Shown here piece by piece: positions 31,452-41,168 of a stretch of 64,000 nt of DNA. How positions within the stretch are numbered: position 1 is the first letter of the stretch; every line of letters starts with the position of its first letter. The translations under genes and the position numbers were made by a program. This stretch comes from Gorillibacterium sp. sgz5001074 (GTDB taxonomy: Bacteria; Bacillota; Bacilli; Paenibacillales; NBRC-103111), in contig NZ_JBPPGJ010000003.1 in assembly GCF_051594765.1 (NCBI RefSeq), positions 264,226 to 328,225 of the forward strand, given 5' to 3'. The notes below the pieces were generated by a model that ran no database searches, was not told where the DNA came from, and saw only the letters and a list, made by a program, of their open reading frames with translations.

Positions 31452-32609
31452 TCACATTCTTCTTGTTCCACATTCATTGCAGAACTTTGCCGTTTCGGGC
31501 ATTTCGGCTCCACAGTTTCCGCAGTATTTTTTTTCTTTAAGGAGTTTTGTGCCGCATTCATTGCAAAATTTGGCCCCCTGGACATTCTGAACCCCGCATG
31601 AAGGACACTCCGTTTGTTTAGCACCAGACTCTGCTTGTTCCGGTCGAGGCTGCTCGGGTTGGATCTGTTGATTCATCATGGGGGCAAACATTTGTGTTGC
31701 TACGTCCCCAAATATACCTCCCGCGGCTATTCCCATACCCAAGGCAGCTCCAGCTGCCGCGACTCCACCAGCCTCAGGATTATGTGCTAAATCCTTCAGA
31801 ATATCGACGGATTGTTGTCTACCCCAATCCTGTCCGAGCACACCCATAACAGCTTTATTGGCATATGCTTGTTCCAATCTTTCACGACTAGGGTCATTCT
31901 CGGGAATATCAATAGCACTGATATAAAAGTTAACCAGACGAACTCCATATTCGTCTAATATGCCATTCAATAGCGGCGTGAGAGATTCCGCTATCTTGGT
32001 CTTTTCCGTACAAACATCCAGAATTTCCCTTCCGGATTCCTTTATTACTCTAGGTATCTCATCCTTAATATATTGCATAAATGCATTGCGGAAGTACCCG
32101 TTAAGCTCCTCCTGGGTAAAATACTGAATATTATTGCCGATTAACTTAAGCAAAAACTTCTTGGAATCCGCAATCTGGATGGAGTACGAGCCTCTTGCTT
32201 GAATACTGGTTTGCAGCATGAATACAGGGTCTCTCATTTGAATCGGTGTATCTGTGCCCCAGAAGAGCTCTAGCTTATGTACTTTATTAATAAAATAAAC
32301 TTTACAGTTAAACGCACTAACTCCACCCGAAAAAGAGCTTATGAATTTACTGATAAAAGGGTAGTTATTCGTACCAAGGGTATACTTTCCGCCTTCGAAT
32401 GTTTGCTCGATTATGCCATCCTTAAAAAATAATGCTTCCTCTGATTCTGCAACAATAAGTTGGGAGCCCGTATTGAAGTCCTCACCAAGGAATTTCCAGG
32501 CGAGAACCTCACCTGGACCATCATTTTTTATAACACTGTATAATTGCACAGGTATACCTCCACTTTTTCCCAATATAGAATACAACAAAAAGAGCAGTTC
32601 ATGGGACAT
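31452..32609 (-). CDS. SPFH/Band-7-like protein with Gly-rich linker and double C-terminal zinc ribbon (COG4260, YdjI-like)
   Basis: N-terminal SPFH-like domain. C-terminus reads CPSCGVQN..CNECGTKL..CGNCGAEM..CNECGTRRM. An alternative GTG start near 32549 has the better RBS (GTGGAGGT). Confidence 0.65.
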   Translation of the reverse strand: MSHELLFLLYSILGKSGGIPVQLYSVIKNDGPGEVLAWKFLGEDFNTGSQLIVAESEEALFFKDGIIEQTFEGGKYTLGTNNYPFISKFISSFSGGVSAFNCKVYFINKVHKLELFWGTDTPIQMRDPVFMLQTSIQARGSYSIQIADSKKFLLKLIGNNIQYFTQEELNGYFRNAFMQYIKDEIPRVIKESGREILDVCTEKTKIAESLTPLLNGILDEYGVRLVNFYISAIDIPENDPSRERLEQAYANKAVMGVLGQDWGRQQSVDILKDLAHNPEAGGVAAAGAALGMGIAAGGIFGDVATQMFAPMMNQQIQPEQPRPEQAESGAKQTECPSCGVQNVQGAKFCNECGTKLLKEKKYCGNCGAEMPETAKFCNECGTRRM

Positions 32610-32663
32610 TCACTCGCCACAATGAATATTCTTTGAACTGCCCTTACTGCTATGTACTTTTAA

Positions 32664-33341
32664 CTAAGCACCTTTTTTCTCCCTAAGCAATTGCTTCATA
32701 CCTTGTATCGAGCGTTCAATCCCACCGATATCCGATACCGAACAAGAAATGGAGGTTCCGGCTACAGTCGTAAGCATGAAATGCTCAAGGTTAATGAATT
32801 CATCTTTTCCTTTCGTGTTTTTCATGGTTATTTTATCAGAGGAAGTGGATACAGCGACAACATCCTTATAGAAGTACTCATCTGTATTTTCATTTCTTTC
32901 ATTATCGACTAGTGAAAATCTATAGGTATAACAATATACTTGGCTTTCGCTAAAGAATAAAACGGCAACCTCGTAGTTAGAACTTCTAAACAGGCCATCC
33001 TTACCCTGTTTCCACAAGTACTCTCTAGCAATATTATCAAAGTATGGTCCATCAATAATAATGGGCTCAATTAATTGAACTTGCTCTTCGTCAATGCCAA
33101 TCTTGCTTAACCCATTCTTCACTGCATCATTAATTTCATTCTTGCAAATGGCATCTATTTCTGCATCAGTAGGCTTCCCTCTTACTTGAAAATAAATGTG
33201 GGCTATACCAGCAACTACTATTAATAACCCTGCTACTCTAAAGCCCACAAAAGTAAATAAACCAAAAAGAATTAAGATGATTCCTGGTTTTAATCTAGTT
33301 GTTTTAAAGTACCTTTTATTTCTTTTGTAATTCATTCCCAT
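32664..33341 (-). CDS. membrane-anchored protein (N-terminal TM hairpin), YdjH-like by position
   Basis: 225 aa with two hydrophobic helices at residues about 20-55 and a soluble C-terminal domain. Low GC. Confidence 0.5.
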   Translation of the reverse strand: MGMNYKRNKRYFKTTRLKPGIILILFGLFTFVGFRVAGLLIVVAGIAHIYFQVRGKPTDAEIDAICKNEINDAVKNGLSKIGIDEEQVQLIEPIIIDGPYFDNIAREYLWKQGKDGLFRSSNYEVAVLFFSESQVYCYTYRFSLVDNERNENTDEYFYKDVVAVSTSSDKITMKNTKGKDEFINLEHFMLTTVAGTSISCSVSDIGGIERSIQGMKQLLREKKGA

Positions 33342-33394
33342 TACCTCCGAGTTCGTTATATCCTATTATGGCAAAAACCGCGTGGCGGGCAGTT

Positions 33395-34036
33395 TTAGTT
33401 AACAATCAGATCAGCAGGTATCTCCACATTTAATAATTCGAATAAAATTCGAATATCCTCGTTCGTTACATGGTTCGTATATGCCGTACTAAGCTCATCC
33501 TTATAGCTTGGAGAAATTCGCAAGTACTTTCTTTCATAAAAGTCATACTTTAAATAGGCTGAGAAATAATTGTAGATGCCTCTATTCTCTATCATTAAAG
33601 CGGCATTTAAGTATTCCAACGCCTTATCAATCATAGCCTTAGGGGTCATAAAGGCCTTCTTGCCCTTTAATAAACCAACTGCTGCATAAAAATAGGTTTC
33701 GGAGTTATCGAAGTTATCCTGTATCGCCTTCTCAAAGCTTTCTACTGCCTTGTCATATAACTTTAATTTTAAATAACACATGCCCAAGGAGGATTGAATG
33801 GACGACTCCTCCGGGTGCTCCTTAAGAGCTTCATTATAGGATTGGACATACTTATTGGCATCCTGCTGCGACATATTATATACACTATTAAAACTCATAA
33901 TAATCACTTGTCTACCACAGTATTTACAAGTTTGTTCACTTGTTGAAGACGGTTCTCCACATCCAGGGCACCTTAGGTCAACAACTTTGTAAGCACACAT
34001 TAGGTAATCGATCCCCCACACCACATTTATAATCAC
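33395..34036 (-). CDS. zinc-ribbon (CPGCG..CKYCG) plus TPR-like repeat protein, YdjG-like by position
   Basis: Start is uncertain. A strong RBS (GAGGAGG) drives a 28-codon ORF in another frame (MEILVELSPSDYKCGVGDRLPNVCLQSC) that overlaps the start of this ORF. Confidence 0.5.
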   Translation of the reverse strand: MIINVVWGIDYLMCAYKVVDLRCPGCGEPSSTSEQTCKYCGRQVIIMSFNSVYNMSQQDANKYVQSYNEALKEHPEESSIQSSLGMCYLKLKLYDKAVESFEKAIQDNFDNSETYFYAAVGLLKGKKAFMTPKAMIDKALEYLNAALMIENRGIYNYFSAYLKYDFYERKYLRISPSYKDELSTAYTNHVTNEDIRILFELLNVEIPADLIVN

Positions 34037-34427
34037 TAGGGGATAATTCGACTAAAATTTCCATTTTCCTCCTCATAACGTTACATTTTTTACACTTTTT
34101 TAGTAATTGTAGTTGTAAAGACCTATATGACCCAGCAAGGGGATCATACGTAATGAATATTTCGAATCCGCCAAAAGCTCGAATCGTTTGGGAACCGGAA
34201 GCAATCGCTGCTTTCCCCGGCGCGGAGCGGCTCGTCACCTTTATCCCGGAGGAGCTGATCGAGACGGAGTTTGCCCCTACCCTATCGTGGAACTTCGCAA
34301 GCTATTCCCCGCACAACCCAGAGTAACCACTTAAAATGGACTTTACAGGTTATACAAAAGATGGTACTCTTCCCTTATAACCAGTAATACCGATTTAATC
34401 CGGTTATAATGTGGGAGGGTGATTGTG

Positions 34428-35168
34428 ATGCTCATTCAAAAAATGCCATGGGCAGGTATCCGAATCGAGACAGGTGACACAACGATTCTCATCGATCCGA
34501 TTACTCGCATTCTCGACGAGTTTGGGGGCGCTCGTGAGCCCATGTATCCGCTCGGCTCTTTCGGCAAAGCCGATGCCGTATTGATTACGCATCTGCATGA
34601 GGATCATTTCGATCCCGTTGCGATTATAGAGGCTTACGGGGCTGCGATCCCGGTCTACTTGCCGGCTGGAATGGAACATGCGGCTCGGGCTGTTGGGTTG
34701 ACGAACGCAACCGGCGTTACAGTAGGCTCATCTATTGAGGTTGGCAGGGATGTGAAGGTGACGGCGTTGCCATCCGTAGATGGTCTCGGTAACATCCAAG
34801 TGGCATGGGCGGTAGAAGGAGCTGGACGTAGGGTTATTCATTGCGGGGATACACTCTGGCACGGTTACTGGTGGAATATTGCTCATAACTACGGGCCGTT
34901 CGATGCGGCATTCTTGCCAGTCAACGGTGCAGTGCTTGAATTGCCGGGGATGATACCAAGCGGGCAACCCATCTGCCTCACACCTGAGCAGGCCGTCGCG
35001 GCAGCCACAGTTCTTGATGCCGCAACACTTATACCCATCCACTATGGGACGATGAATGACCCGCCTGTCTATAACGAAACACCCGATATTGCCACCCGTT
35101 TGACTGTGGCTTCGGGAGGTAAAGTGAATGTCCGTATGATCAGAACGAAGGAAACCATAACACTGTAA
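34428..35168 (+). CDS. MBL-fold metallo-hydrolase
   Basis: Contains the HxHxDH motif (ITHLHEDHFD). Start MLIQKMPWAG with a GGGAGGGTG RBS. Confidence 0.75.
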   Translation: MLIQKMPWAGIRIETGDTTILIDPITRILDEFGGAREPMYPLGSFGKADAVLITHLHEDHFDPVAIIEAYGAAIPVYLPAGMEHAARAVGLTNATGVTVGSSIEVGRDVKVTALPSVDGLGNIQVAWAVEGAGRRVIHCGDTLWHGYWWNIAHNYGPFDAAFLPVNGAVLELPGMIPSGQPICLTPEQAVAAATVLDAATLIPIHYGTMNDPPVYNETPDIATRLTVASGGKVNVRMIRTKETITL

Positions 35169-35214
35169 CTCGTTGACGGAAGCCTATCATACCCGATACA
35201 AGGGAGAGTCCAGG

Positions 35215-35790
35215 ATGGAACAGAAGATATATACACTTGGTGGTTCAGTATGGATCAATTTGGCGAATACAATCGTGATGCAAGAAAATCAAAAAGTGGA
35301 TGTTCTCAAAGAACCGAGTCTCCTCCTGCAGTGGCTTAGGGAGAATGGCTTCCTCCAAGATGAGCTTCCGGACGATCCGGAAATCGCCACGATTCACGAT
35401 ACTCTGCTCCCCCTCCGGAACATTTGCATGGAAACGATCTCCGATCTGCACCGAACAGGGTGTATGTCTGACCACACCTATGCCAGTTTCGAGAGGGAGT
35501 TCCACGACTTGACCGTAGATGTTAGGATGGAGCGCCAGAACGGTAGGGTTCACCTGATCCATGAAGGACGAAGCCTAAAGGACCAGGTTAGGTATGAGGT
35601 ACTGCATGCTTTGGTCGAAACGCTTGCTAACTATCCACCGGAGCGGATACGCAAGTGCGAGCACGAGTCCTGCATCCTTCATTTCGTGGACACGTCCAAA
35701 GGCGGCAAACGCCGCTGGTGCAGCATGGACCTCTGCGGTAACCGTCAGAAGGCAGCCGATTTTTATGCCAGAAGAAAGACTTATGTTTAA
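35215..35790 (+). CDS. CGNR zinc-finger domain protein (ABATE plus CGNR)
   Basis: C-terminal RWCSMDLCGNRQKAADFYARRK motif. Confidence 0.7.
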   Translation: MEQKIYTLGGSVWINLANTIVMQENQKVDVLKEPSLLLQWLRENGFLQDELPDDPEIATIHDTLLPLRNICMETISDLHRTGCMSDHTYASFEREFHDLTVDVRMERQNGRVHLIHEGRSLKDQVRYEVLHALVETLANYPPERIRKCEHESCILHFVDTSKGGKRRWCSMDLCGNRQKAADFYARRKTYV

Positions 35791-35862
35791 CATTGACAAT
35801 TCCGATACATCAGTATATATTGTTACTCAGGTAACACATTATACATGTTACGGAGTGATCTT

Positions 35863-36462
35863 ATGACCCTTTTTACCAAAGTTGCAGGTGCCATTGCTGC
35901 CAGAGCTACTTGGAAGAGAGCACTAATTTTGTTCGCCGTAACGTACAGCGTTTACTTTTGCATGCTGCTATTCACGATTCCCTCCGTTGGGGCGTATACG
36001 AATGGAATGAAAATCTTCGACCTTCAGCAACTAGGCTATTCCTTTCCGTATGCGCAAACCCTTCTCCATACCCTTGGTGACGAAGGGGCCCGAGTCTATC
36101 TCACCCGACAGCTTCCCTTGGACTTTCTTTACCCCGGTGGTATGGGTTTGACGGGGGCCGTTTTTCTTTCTTTACTTATTCCCAGACAGACCAAAGGGTC
36201 TTCCCTTCTCATCTGCTTGCCGCTGGCTGCCGCTCTTATGGATTACATGGAAAATGTCATGGTTATCACCATGCTAAACCGGCATGCCAATCTGCCCCAC
36301 TGGCCGGTCGTCGCGGCCAATTGGTTTACGATTTCCAAAAGCATGCTTTCCACGATATACTATGGAGTGCTGATCCTCTATTCGATCCTGCGGTTCGTCT
36401 CCTACATCAAACAAAAGCCAGGTGTTCACGGTGGACAAAAAGATCCCTCTTCGGGAGCGTAA
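35863..36462 (+). CDS. membrane protein (about 5 TM), function unknown
   Basis: Hydrophobic segments throughout. Start at the second Met, which has a GGAG RBS. Confidence 0.45.
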   Translation: MTLFTKVAGAIAARATWKRALILFAVTYSVYFCMLLFTIPSVGAYTNGMKIFDLQQLGYSFPYAQTLLHTLGDEGARVYLTRQLPLDFLYPGGMGLTGAVFLSLLIPRQTKGSSLLICLPLAAALMDYMENVMVITMLNRHANLPHWPVVAANWFTISKSMLSTIYYGVLILYSILRFVSYIKQKPGVHGGQKDPSSGA

Positions 36463-37072
36463 AAAAATTCAAACTCGTGTTTCCATACTGGATGCGTTTC
36501 TCTCCGCTCTGGAATCGCGGCCATTTCACGAAATCGGAATAGAAGATGTATGTGAGGCGGCCCATATCTCCAAGATGACCTTTTTCCGATACTTTACTTC
36601 CAAGGAAGAGGTTCTGGACTACTTTGTCCTTCGCTGGTGCCGCCAGCGCAGCTTGGAGATTCAGGAAGCTACCTATCAGGGGATGGCGGGAATTCGCCAT
36701 GTTTTTCAATCGGCATCGGAGATTCCGAGTGCAACGAAGATTCTGGTTGCTCTCCTTCAATACTATTCCAAGCTCAAGGAACCGCCGTCCAACAAGAACT
36801 TGTCCATCTACGAACATTCTCTCGTCGCGGAGCGCGCCGATGATGCCTTGCCTCTGCAAGTTCTTCCCCTGCGCGCCATATTTATCTATTACATCGACCA
36901 AACGGCTCTGCCCGACGAACGGAAGACCCTTATCGTCGACCACCTGCTGACGATGTTTTACGGCATTCCGTTTCAAGTGTATACGGGGATGATCGGGGCA
37001 ACATCCCTATCCGACGCCTATCGGGATCATCTGAATTTGCTGCTTGCTTCTCTAGCGGTGTCAGGACGGTAA
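36422..37072 (+). CDS. TetR/AcrR family transcriptional regulator
   Basis: TetR HTH (ILDAFLSALESRPFHEIGIEDVCEAAHISKMTFFRYF). Followed by a terminator at 37083-37115. Confidence 0.75.
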   Translation: MFTVDKKIPLRERKKIQTRVSILDAFLSALESRPFHEIGIEDVCEAAHISKMTFFRYFTSKEEVLDYFVLRWCRQRSLEIQEATYQGMAGIRHVFQSASEIPSATKILVALLQYYSKLKEPPSNKNLSIYEHSLVAERADDALPLQVLPLRAIFIYYIDQTALPDERKTLIVDHLLTMFYGIPFQVYTGMIGATSLSDAYRDHLNLLLASLAVSGR

Positions 37073-37082
37073 CCTATATATA

Positions 37083-37115
37083 AAAAGCACCTACCCCATT
37101 GGGCAGGTGCTTTTT
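37083..37115. terminator. bidirectional rho-independent terminator (AAAAAGCACCTACCCCATTGGGCAGGTGCTTTTT)
   Basis: A GC-rich hairpin with an A-tract before it and a T-tract after it. Confidence 0.6.
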
Positions 37116-37323
37116 ATATTGGTTATGACTTCCGAATGGGCCTGATATACTTCCAAAACCTTTCCGGATTAAAGTAAAAGTAAATGATTCTACCGGGGGA
37201 AGTATCCCAGCAGTAACCAGCAGTGCCTGAAAAGTCAAAGGCTGCCATTGCCCTCTCCACCTTTTCCTCCACACTACGATTTTCCTGCTCATAATCGAAG
37301 GGCCCATGTTCAAAAACGAGATA

Positions 37324-38106
37324 CTAGGCTTCGGGAACATCTATCATAAGCATTTGTGGCGGTACTTCGCCTGTATAATCAATAGGAAGACGTACACCAT
37401 AACATTCTGTACGTGGAATCCCCCAATCGCACAGTCTGCCGTCCGGGTCATTCATGTACGCCATAATCTGACCGCTGCCGCTGTTAGATTCGCTCCCGCC
37501 ATCGTCATCCAATTTGCCCTTGATACTATCGAGTAAGCCGCAAATAGTTTCGCAATCCTGTCCCGGAATAATGCTTTGCTTTTGCCAGAAATCCCAATAC
37601 CCATTACTCTCATAGTTTTTAATGTGCAAAAATTTATGTGCGGGAACGGTTATAACGTAAATTTTAACTTCCTCTGTGGATTTCATCATACCAATCTCTC
37701 CAAATCCGAAAAAGTAGCGGTCGAACGGGTTTATTTTTGTACGAAGGGCGATGGGCATAGGCTTATTTCGGTATTCACCTGGAGTTACGCCATATGTTCC
37801 CTTAAAAGCCCTGGTAAAAGCTTCATGGGATGAAAAGCCATAATCAAAAGCAATATCCAGCATGCTTTTTTCACTATCCCGAACCTCTTTCAGTGCAAAG
37901 GCTAATTTTCTTAGCCGCAAATATTCCCTAAACTGCATACCCGATATTTCCTTGAACTTTCTCGTTGTATGAAATTCGGAATAACCCAACTTGCGAGATA
38001 GAAATCGTAGCGTTATTGCTTCACCATTACGATTTTTAATGCATTCGTCAATTTCATCGACGATGATTTGGATTTGCCTGTGCCATTCGTACATTCGTCC
38101 GTTCAC
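37324..38106 (-). CDS. AraC-type HTH regulator with C-terminal GyrI-like effector-binding domain
   Basis: N-terminal AraC HTH (ITLRFLSRKLGYSEFHTTRKFKE). The C-terminal half is GyrI-like. Confidence 0.75.
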   Translation of the reverse strand: MNGRMYEWHRQIQIIVDEIDECIKNRNGEAITLRFLSRKLGYSEFHTTRKFKEISGMQFREYLRLRKLAFALKEVRDSEKSMLDIAFDYGFSSHEAFTRAFKGTYGVTPGEYRNKPMPIALRTKINPFDRYFFGFGEIGMMKSTEEVKIYVITVPAHKFLHIKNYESNGYWDFWQKQSIIPGQDCETICGLLDSIKGKLDDDGGSESNSGSGQIMAYMNDPDGRLCDWGIPRTECYGVRLPIDYTGEVPPQMLMIDVPEA

Positions 38107-38321
38107 CTCGTTTCAACCACTCTATAGTCATTGTAGAGTAATGGATAATACCTTGCTTGATTCTACTTGCGGAAAACTTCAGAATATGGGCTTCACTACC
38201 ATTAGTACGGTCTTGGAAGTCATGTGCAAGTGGGGCGAGACTCATCATGCGTCGAGTTTGAGGACGGCTGCTCAGATAACGGCGCAGTCGATATAGCATA
38301 TGTCTACGGATCCAACCCAGC

Positions 38322-39092
38322 TTACAAATGCGATCCTCCCGTCGCATCGATCATCTGCCCCGTTATCCATCTGCTGTCCGGGGATACCGCGAAGGCAACG
38401 ATATCCGCGATATCCGAGGGCTCTCCGATGCGTCCGAGAGCTGACATATCTGCGGCATACTTACGTCCCTCAGGCGTGTGCAGCCAAGATGCGTTTATGT
38501 CCGTATCGACAATGCCAGGCATAACGGAGTTCACGGTGATCCCGCGCGGACCCAGAAGCTGAGCCAGATGCAAGGTAAACGTATTGATTGCGCCTTTGGT
38601 TAAGTTGTACGCCATGATATGCGGATAAGCAATCCGTGTCACTCCGGATGAAATATTAACGATGCGCCCCCCGTCCCGTATACGTTCGAGAGATTTCTGA
38701 ACGATGAAAAACGGCGCTTTAACGTTGATCGCAAATAACAGATCAAACTCATCCTCGCTCGTCGCTTCAAAGGAAGGGGATGTGCCGATCCCCGCATTGT
38801 TGACCAATATATCGAATTGATTCATGCCGGTCCTGCGGTTGAGTTCTTTATCTAAACCCTGAAGAAACCGTTCGACCCCGTCCAGGGATTCGAACTCAGC
38901 ACCTACGGTGAATGCCTGTCCTCCTGATGCGTGAATCGCAGCTACCGTCTCCTCCGCCGCGTCATTCCGTGTCCCATAATGTACGGCAACGAGTGCACCT
39001 TCAGCTGCGAGACGCAGTGCGATTGCTCTCCCAATTCCACGGCTAGCCCCCGTGACAACAGCGACTCGGCCCTTCAAACGTTTCATATTCAT
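38322..39092 (-). CDS. SDR family oxidoreductase
   Basis: Start MNMKRLKGRVAVVTGASRGIG with an AAGGAG RBS. YxxxK (YNLTKGA) present. Confidence 0.8.
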   Translation of the reverse strand: MNMKRLKGRVAVVTGASRGIGRAIALRLAAEGALVAVHYGTRNDAAEETVAAIHASGGQAFTVGAEFESLDGVERFLQGLDKELNRRTGMNQFDILVNNAGIGTSPSFEATSEDEFDLLFAINVKAPFFIVQKSLERIRDGGRIVNISSGVTRIAYPHIMAYNLTKGAINTFTLHLAQLLGPRGITVNSVMPGIVDTDINASWLHTPEGRKYAADMSALGRIGEPSDIADIVAFAVSPDSRWITGQMIDATGGSHL

Positions 39093-39173
39093 ATTGAACC
39101 ACTCCTTATCATCCGTTGATATGATGATAAACTCTCCCCATGAGGGGAGAGTCAAGAGAGGCTCCACATTTTT

Positions 39174-40007
39174 TTAGACCTGTATCACCGGTACAATCAT
39201 TTCCGCCATTCGAGACGGACCATACATATTTTGATCGGACGTCAGATAAATCTCCCGGACCGGAGTCGCTTCTAGCCGTCTGTAGCCTTGGTCAGCGATC
39301 CATGCCATCATCATCTCGCCTGCATGGCATTGGTTTGCATATGGGTCACATTGATGGATATAAGAAGCGGCCTTCTTCATACCGGGTAATTCATGAATCT
39401 TCACCCTTCGGCTGCCAAGAATAGGCTTGGTGATGGGCATTGCAACCTCCAAATCGGAATTCTCTTCATTGCAATCGGCCTTTCTGTGCCAGATGATGAT
39501 CATCTCACGGTCCGTTTCTTCTCCCTGTGTGCGGACATACTGCTTCAGTTCGTCCAGCACCAGGCATAATCGGTTATTCGGCAAGGACTCGCAAACGGAT
39601 GCAACGAGAATAGGCTTTACCTCCCGAAAAGAGAGCCTCCCCTCCTCCGTTATCTTCGCATCCCATTCAATCCATTGAAGTCGCTTATCGACTTCCTCAA
39701 GCTGCTGTTGAGCCTCCCGTATTTGTTGTTTCAGAATCTCCCTCTTCTCCAGCAAAGTGCTTTTAACCTGTGTCTGAGTGAGCGGTCCATTTAGTAATGG
39801 ACGCATCATCTCCAGTGTCAGGCCCTGATCCTTGAAGCCCGCAATGCGTCGGATAGTCAGCAGCTGCTCCGCCGAATAATAACGATAGCCCGATTCATCA
39901 TCCACTAGAGCAGGCTTCAACAAGCCGATTTCATCATAATGACGCAGTGTCTTCACTGTCACCCCGCTCAATTTGGCGAAAGCTCCAATCTTGAACAATG
40001 CGGACAC
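39174..40007 (-). CDS. MerR family regulator with GyrI-like effector domain (BmrR/Mta-like)
   Basis: MerR HTH (FKIGAFAKLSGVTVKTLRHYDEIGLL), a coiled coil and a C-terminal effector-binding domain. Confidence 0.75.
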   Translation of the reverse strand: MSALFKIGAFAKLSGVTVKTLRHYDEIGLLKPALVDDESGYRYYSAEQLLTIRRIAGFKDQGLTLEMMRPLLNGPLTQTQVKSTLLEKREILKQQIREAQQQLEEVDKRLQWIEWDAKITEEGRLSFREVKPILVASVCESLPNNRLCLVLDELKQYVRTQGEETDREMIIIWHRKADCNEENSDLEVAMPITKPILGSRRVKIHELPGMKKAASYIHQCDPYANQCHAGEMMMAWIADQGYRRLEATPVREIYLTSDQNMYGPSRMAEMIVPVIQV

Positions 40008-40041
40008 CCCTTTTTATTAACGTTACTTGTGGTAAATGATT

Positions 40042-41022
40042 TTATATTCCTTCTTTTAGCTTAATGGGAAAATACCGTTGCATTTGTTTATAGCCAAGTC
40101 CCTTTTCGATGTCTCTATAGGCACTATCTCTTCCAGCTTCATATAAATAAGGCATATTGAACAAAATGCTGCGGGCTTGATCTAGCTCAAAATTTGTGCT
40201 TTCAATCCATCGGCGAACTTTATCTTCTACTTTATGTATGCTCTCGTTGTCTTCGTCAATACTGACTGCCATAGCGTAGATGCCCCCCGGAAAATCGAGC
40301 AATTGAAGAGGACTTACATCCGCATTTGTAACGCCATCTTTTACGGCACATATCCATTCCGCCTTATCATCTTTAGCCAACAAAAAATCAAAACAATCGA
40401 AAATCACACTCTCGTACAAGTGGCAATACTGCCACAATTGATGCATATATCCCCCTTCTTTGAACATATCCCCCCAGGGATGGGTGCCGCTTGTTACCGC
40501 TCTGAATCCCGGTATCCGGACGACCATGATATCGGGAACTTTTTTGTCCAATTTATCCGTAATTTCAATCAAGCGGTTAATGTTGGAGGGCTTGCCGATG
40601 TAGTCAATGCTTATCAATTGGGTTTCAATCTCTTTGGCCTTGTTATACAGCAGTTTTATGTCAGAGTTGTCTGCAAAGTTCACTTGCTCGATGTCACGTA
40701 TAAAATCCAACACGATTTCTTTCAACTCATGCAAAATCGCAATATCGTCGTCTATGTTCTGTACTTTCTTCCCTAGCACTTCCAAAACGACATCAGAGCC
40801 GGAGGTGCTGAAAACACGTTGAATGTCTCTTATGCTGATATTCAGCTTACGTAAAATGAGGATTTGTTCAAGCCGCCTAACCGCGTTCTCGTCATACATT
40901 CTATAGGTATAGTCATCGCTTCGGGTGCTGGACAGCAACCCCATGTCCTCATAATAACGCAGTGTACGAGCTGTAATGTCATATTTGCTTGACATATCTT
41001 TGATTTTGATCAGGTTGTTCAT
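40042..41022 (-). CDS. MerR family regulator with large C-terminal effector domain (low GC)
   Basis: MerR HTH (IKDMSSKYDITARTLRYYEDMGLL). AT-rich composition. Confidence 0.7.
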   Translation of the reverse strand: MNNLIKIKDMSSKYDITARTLRYYEDMGLLSSTRSDDYTYRMYDENAVRRLEQILILRKLNISIRDIQRVFSTSGSDVVLEVLGKKVQNIDDDIAILHELKEIVLDFIRDIEQVNFADNSDIKLLYNKAKEIETQLISIDYIGKPSNINRLIEITDKLDKKVPDIMVVRIPGFRAVTSGTHPWGDMFKEGGYMHQLWQYCHLYESVIFDCFDFLLAKDDKAEWICAVKDGVTNADVSPLQLLDFPGGIYAMAVSIDEDNESIHKVEDKVRRWIESTNFELDQARSILFNMPYLYEAGRDSAYRDIEKGLGYKQMQRYFPIKLKEGI

Positions 41023-41168
41023 TAGGTTTGACCTCTTTTCTCAATGATCAAGGATAAACCTAGAATAATGGATTCCCCAAAGGAAGAGTCAAGGCTTATC
41101 TTAAGTCAATGCATACACACCACTCACACAGTAAAATGAGATTAACTTTTTCCAAGGAGGCTACCGTT

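Noticed and set aside
37118-37323. 88-aa track ORF 37074..37340 (-) and an alternative 41-aa frame downstream of the AraC-GyrI gene
   Set aside because: The 88-aa frame runs through the bidirectional terminator hairpin. The alternative frame (MAAFDFSGTAGYCWDTSPGRIIYFYFNPERFWKY..) has a good RBS but is too short and unrecognisable to call. It may be a gene remnant.
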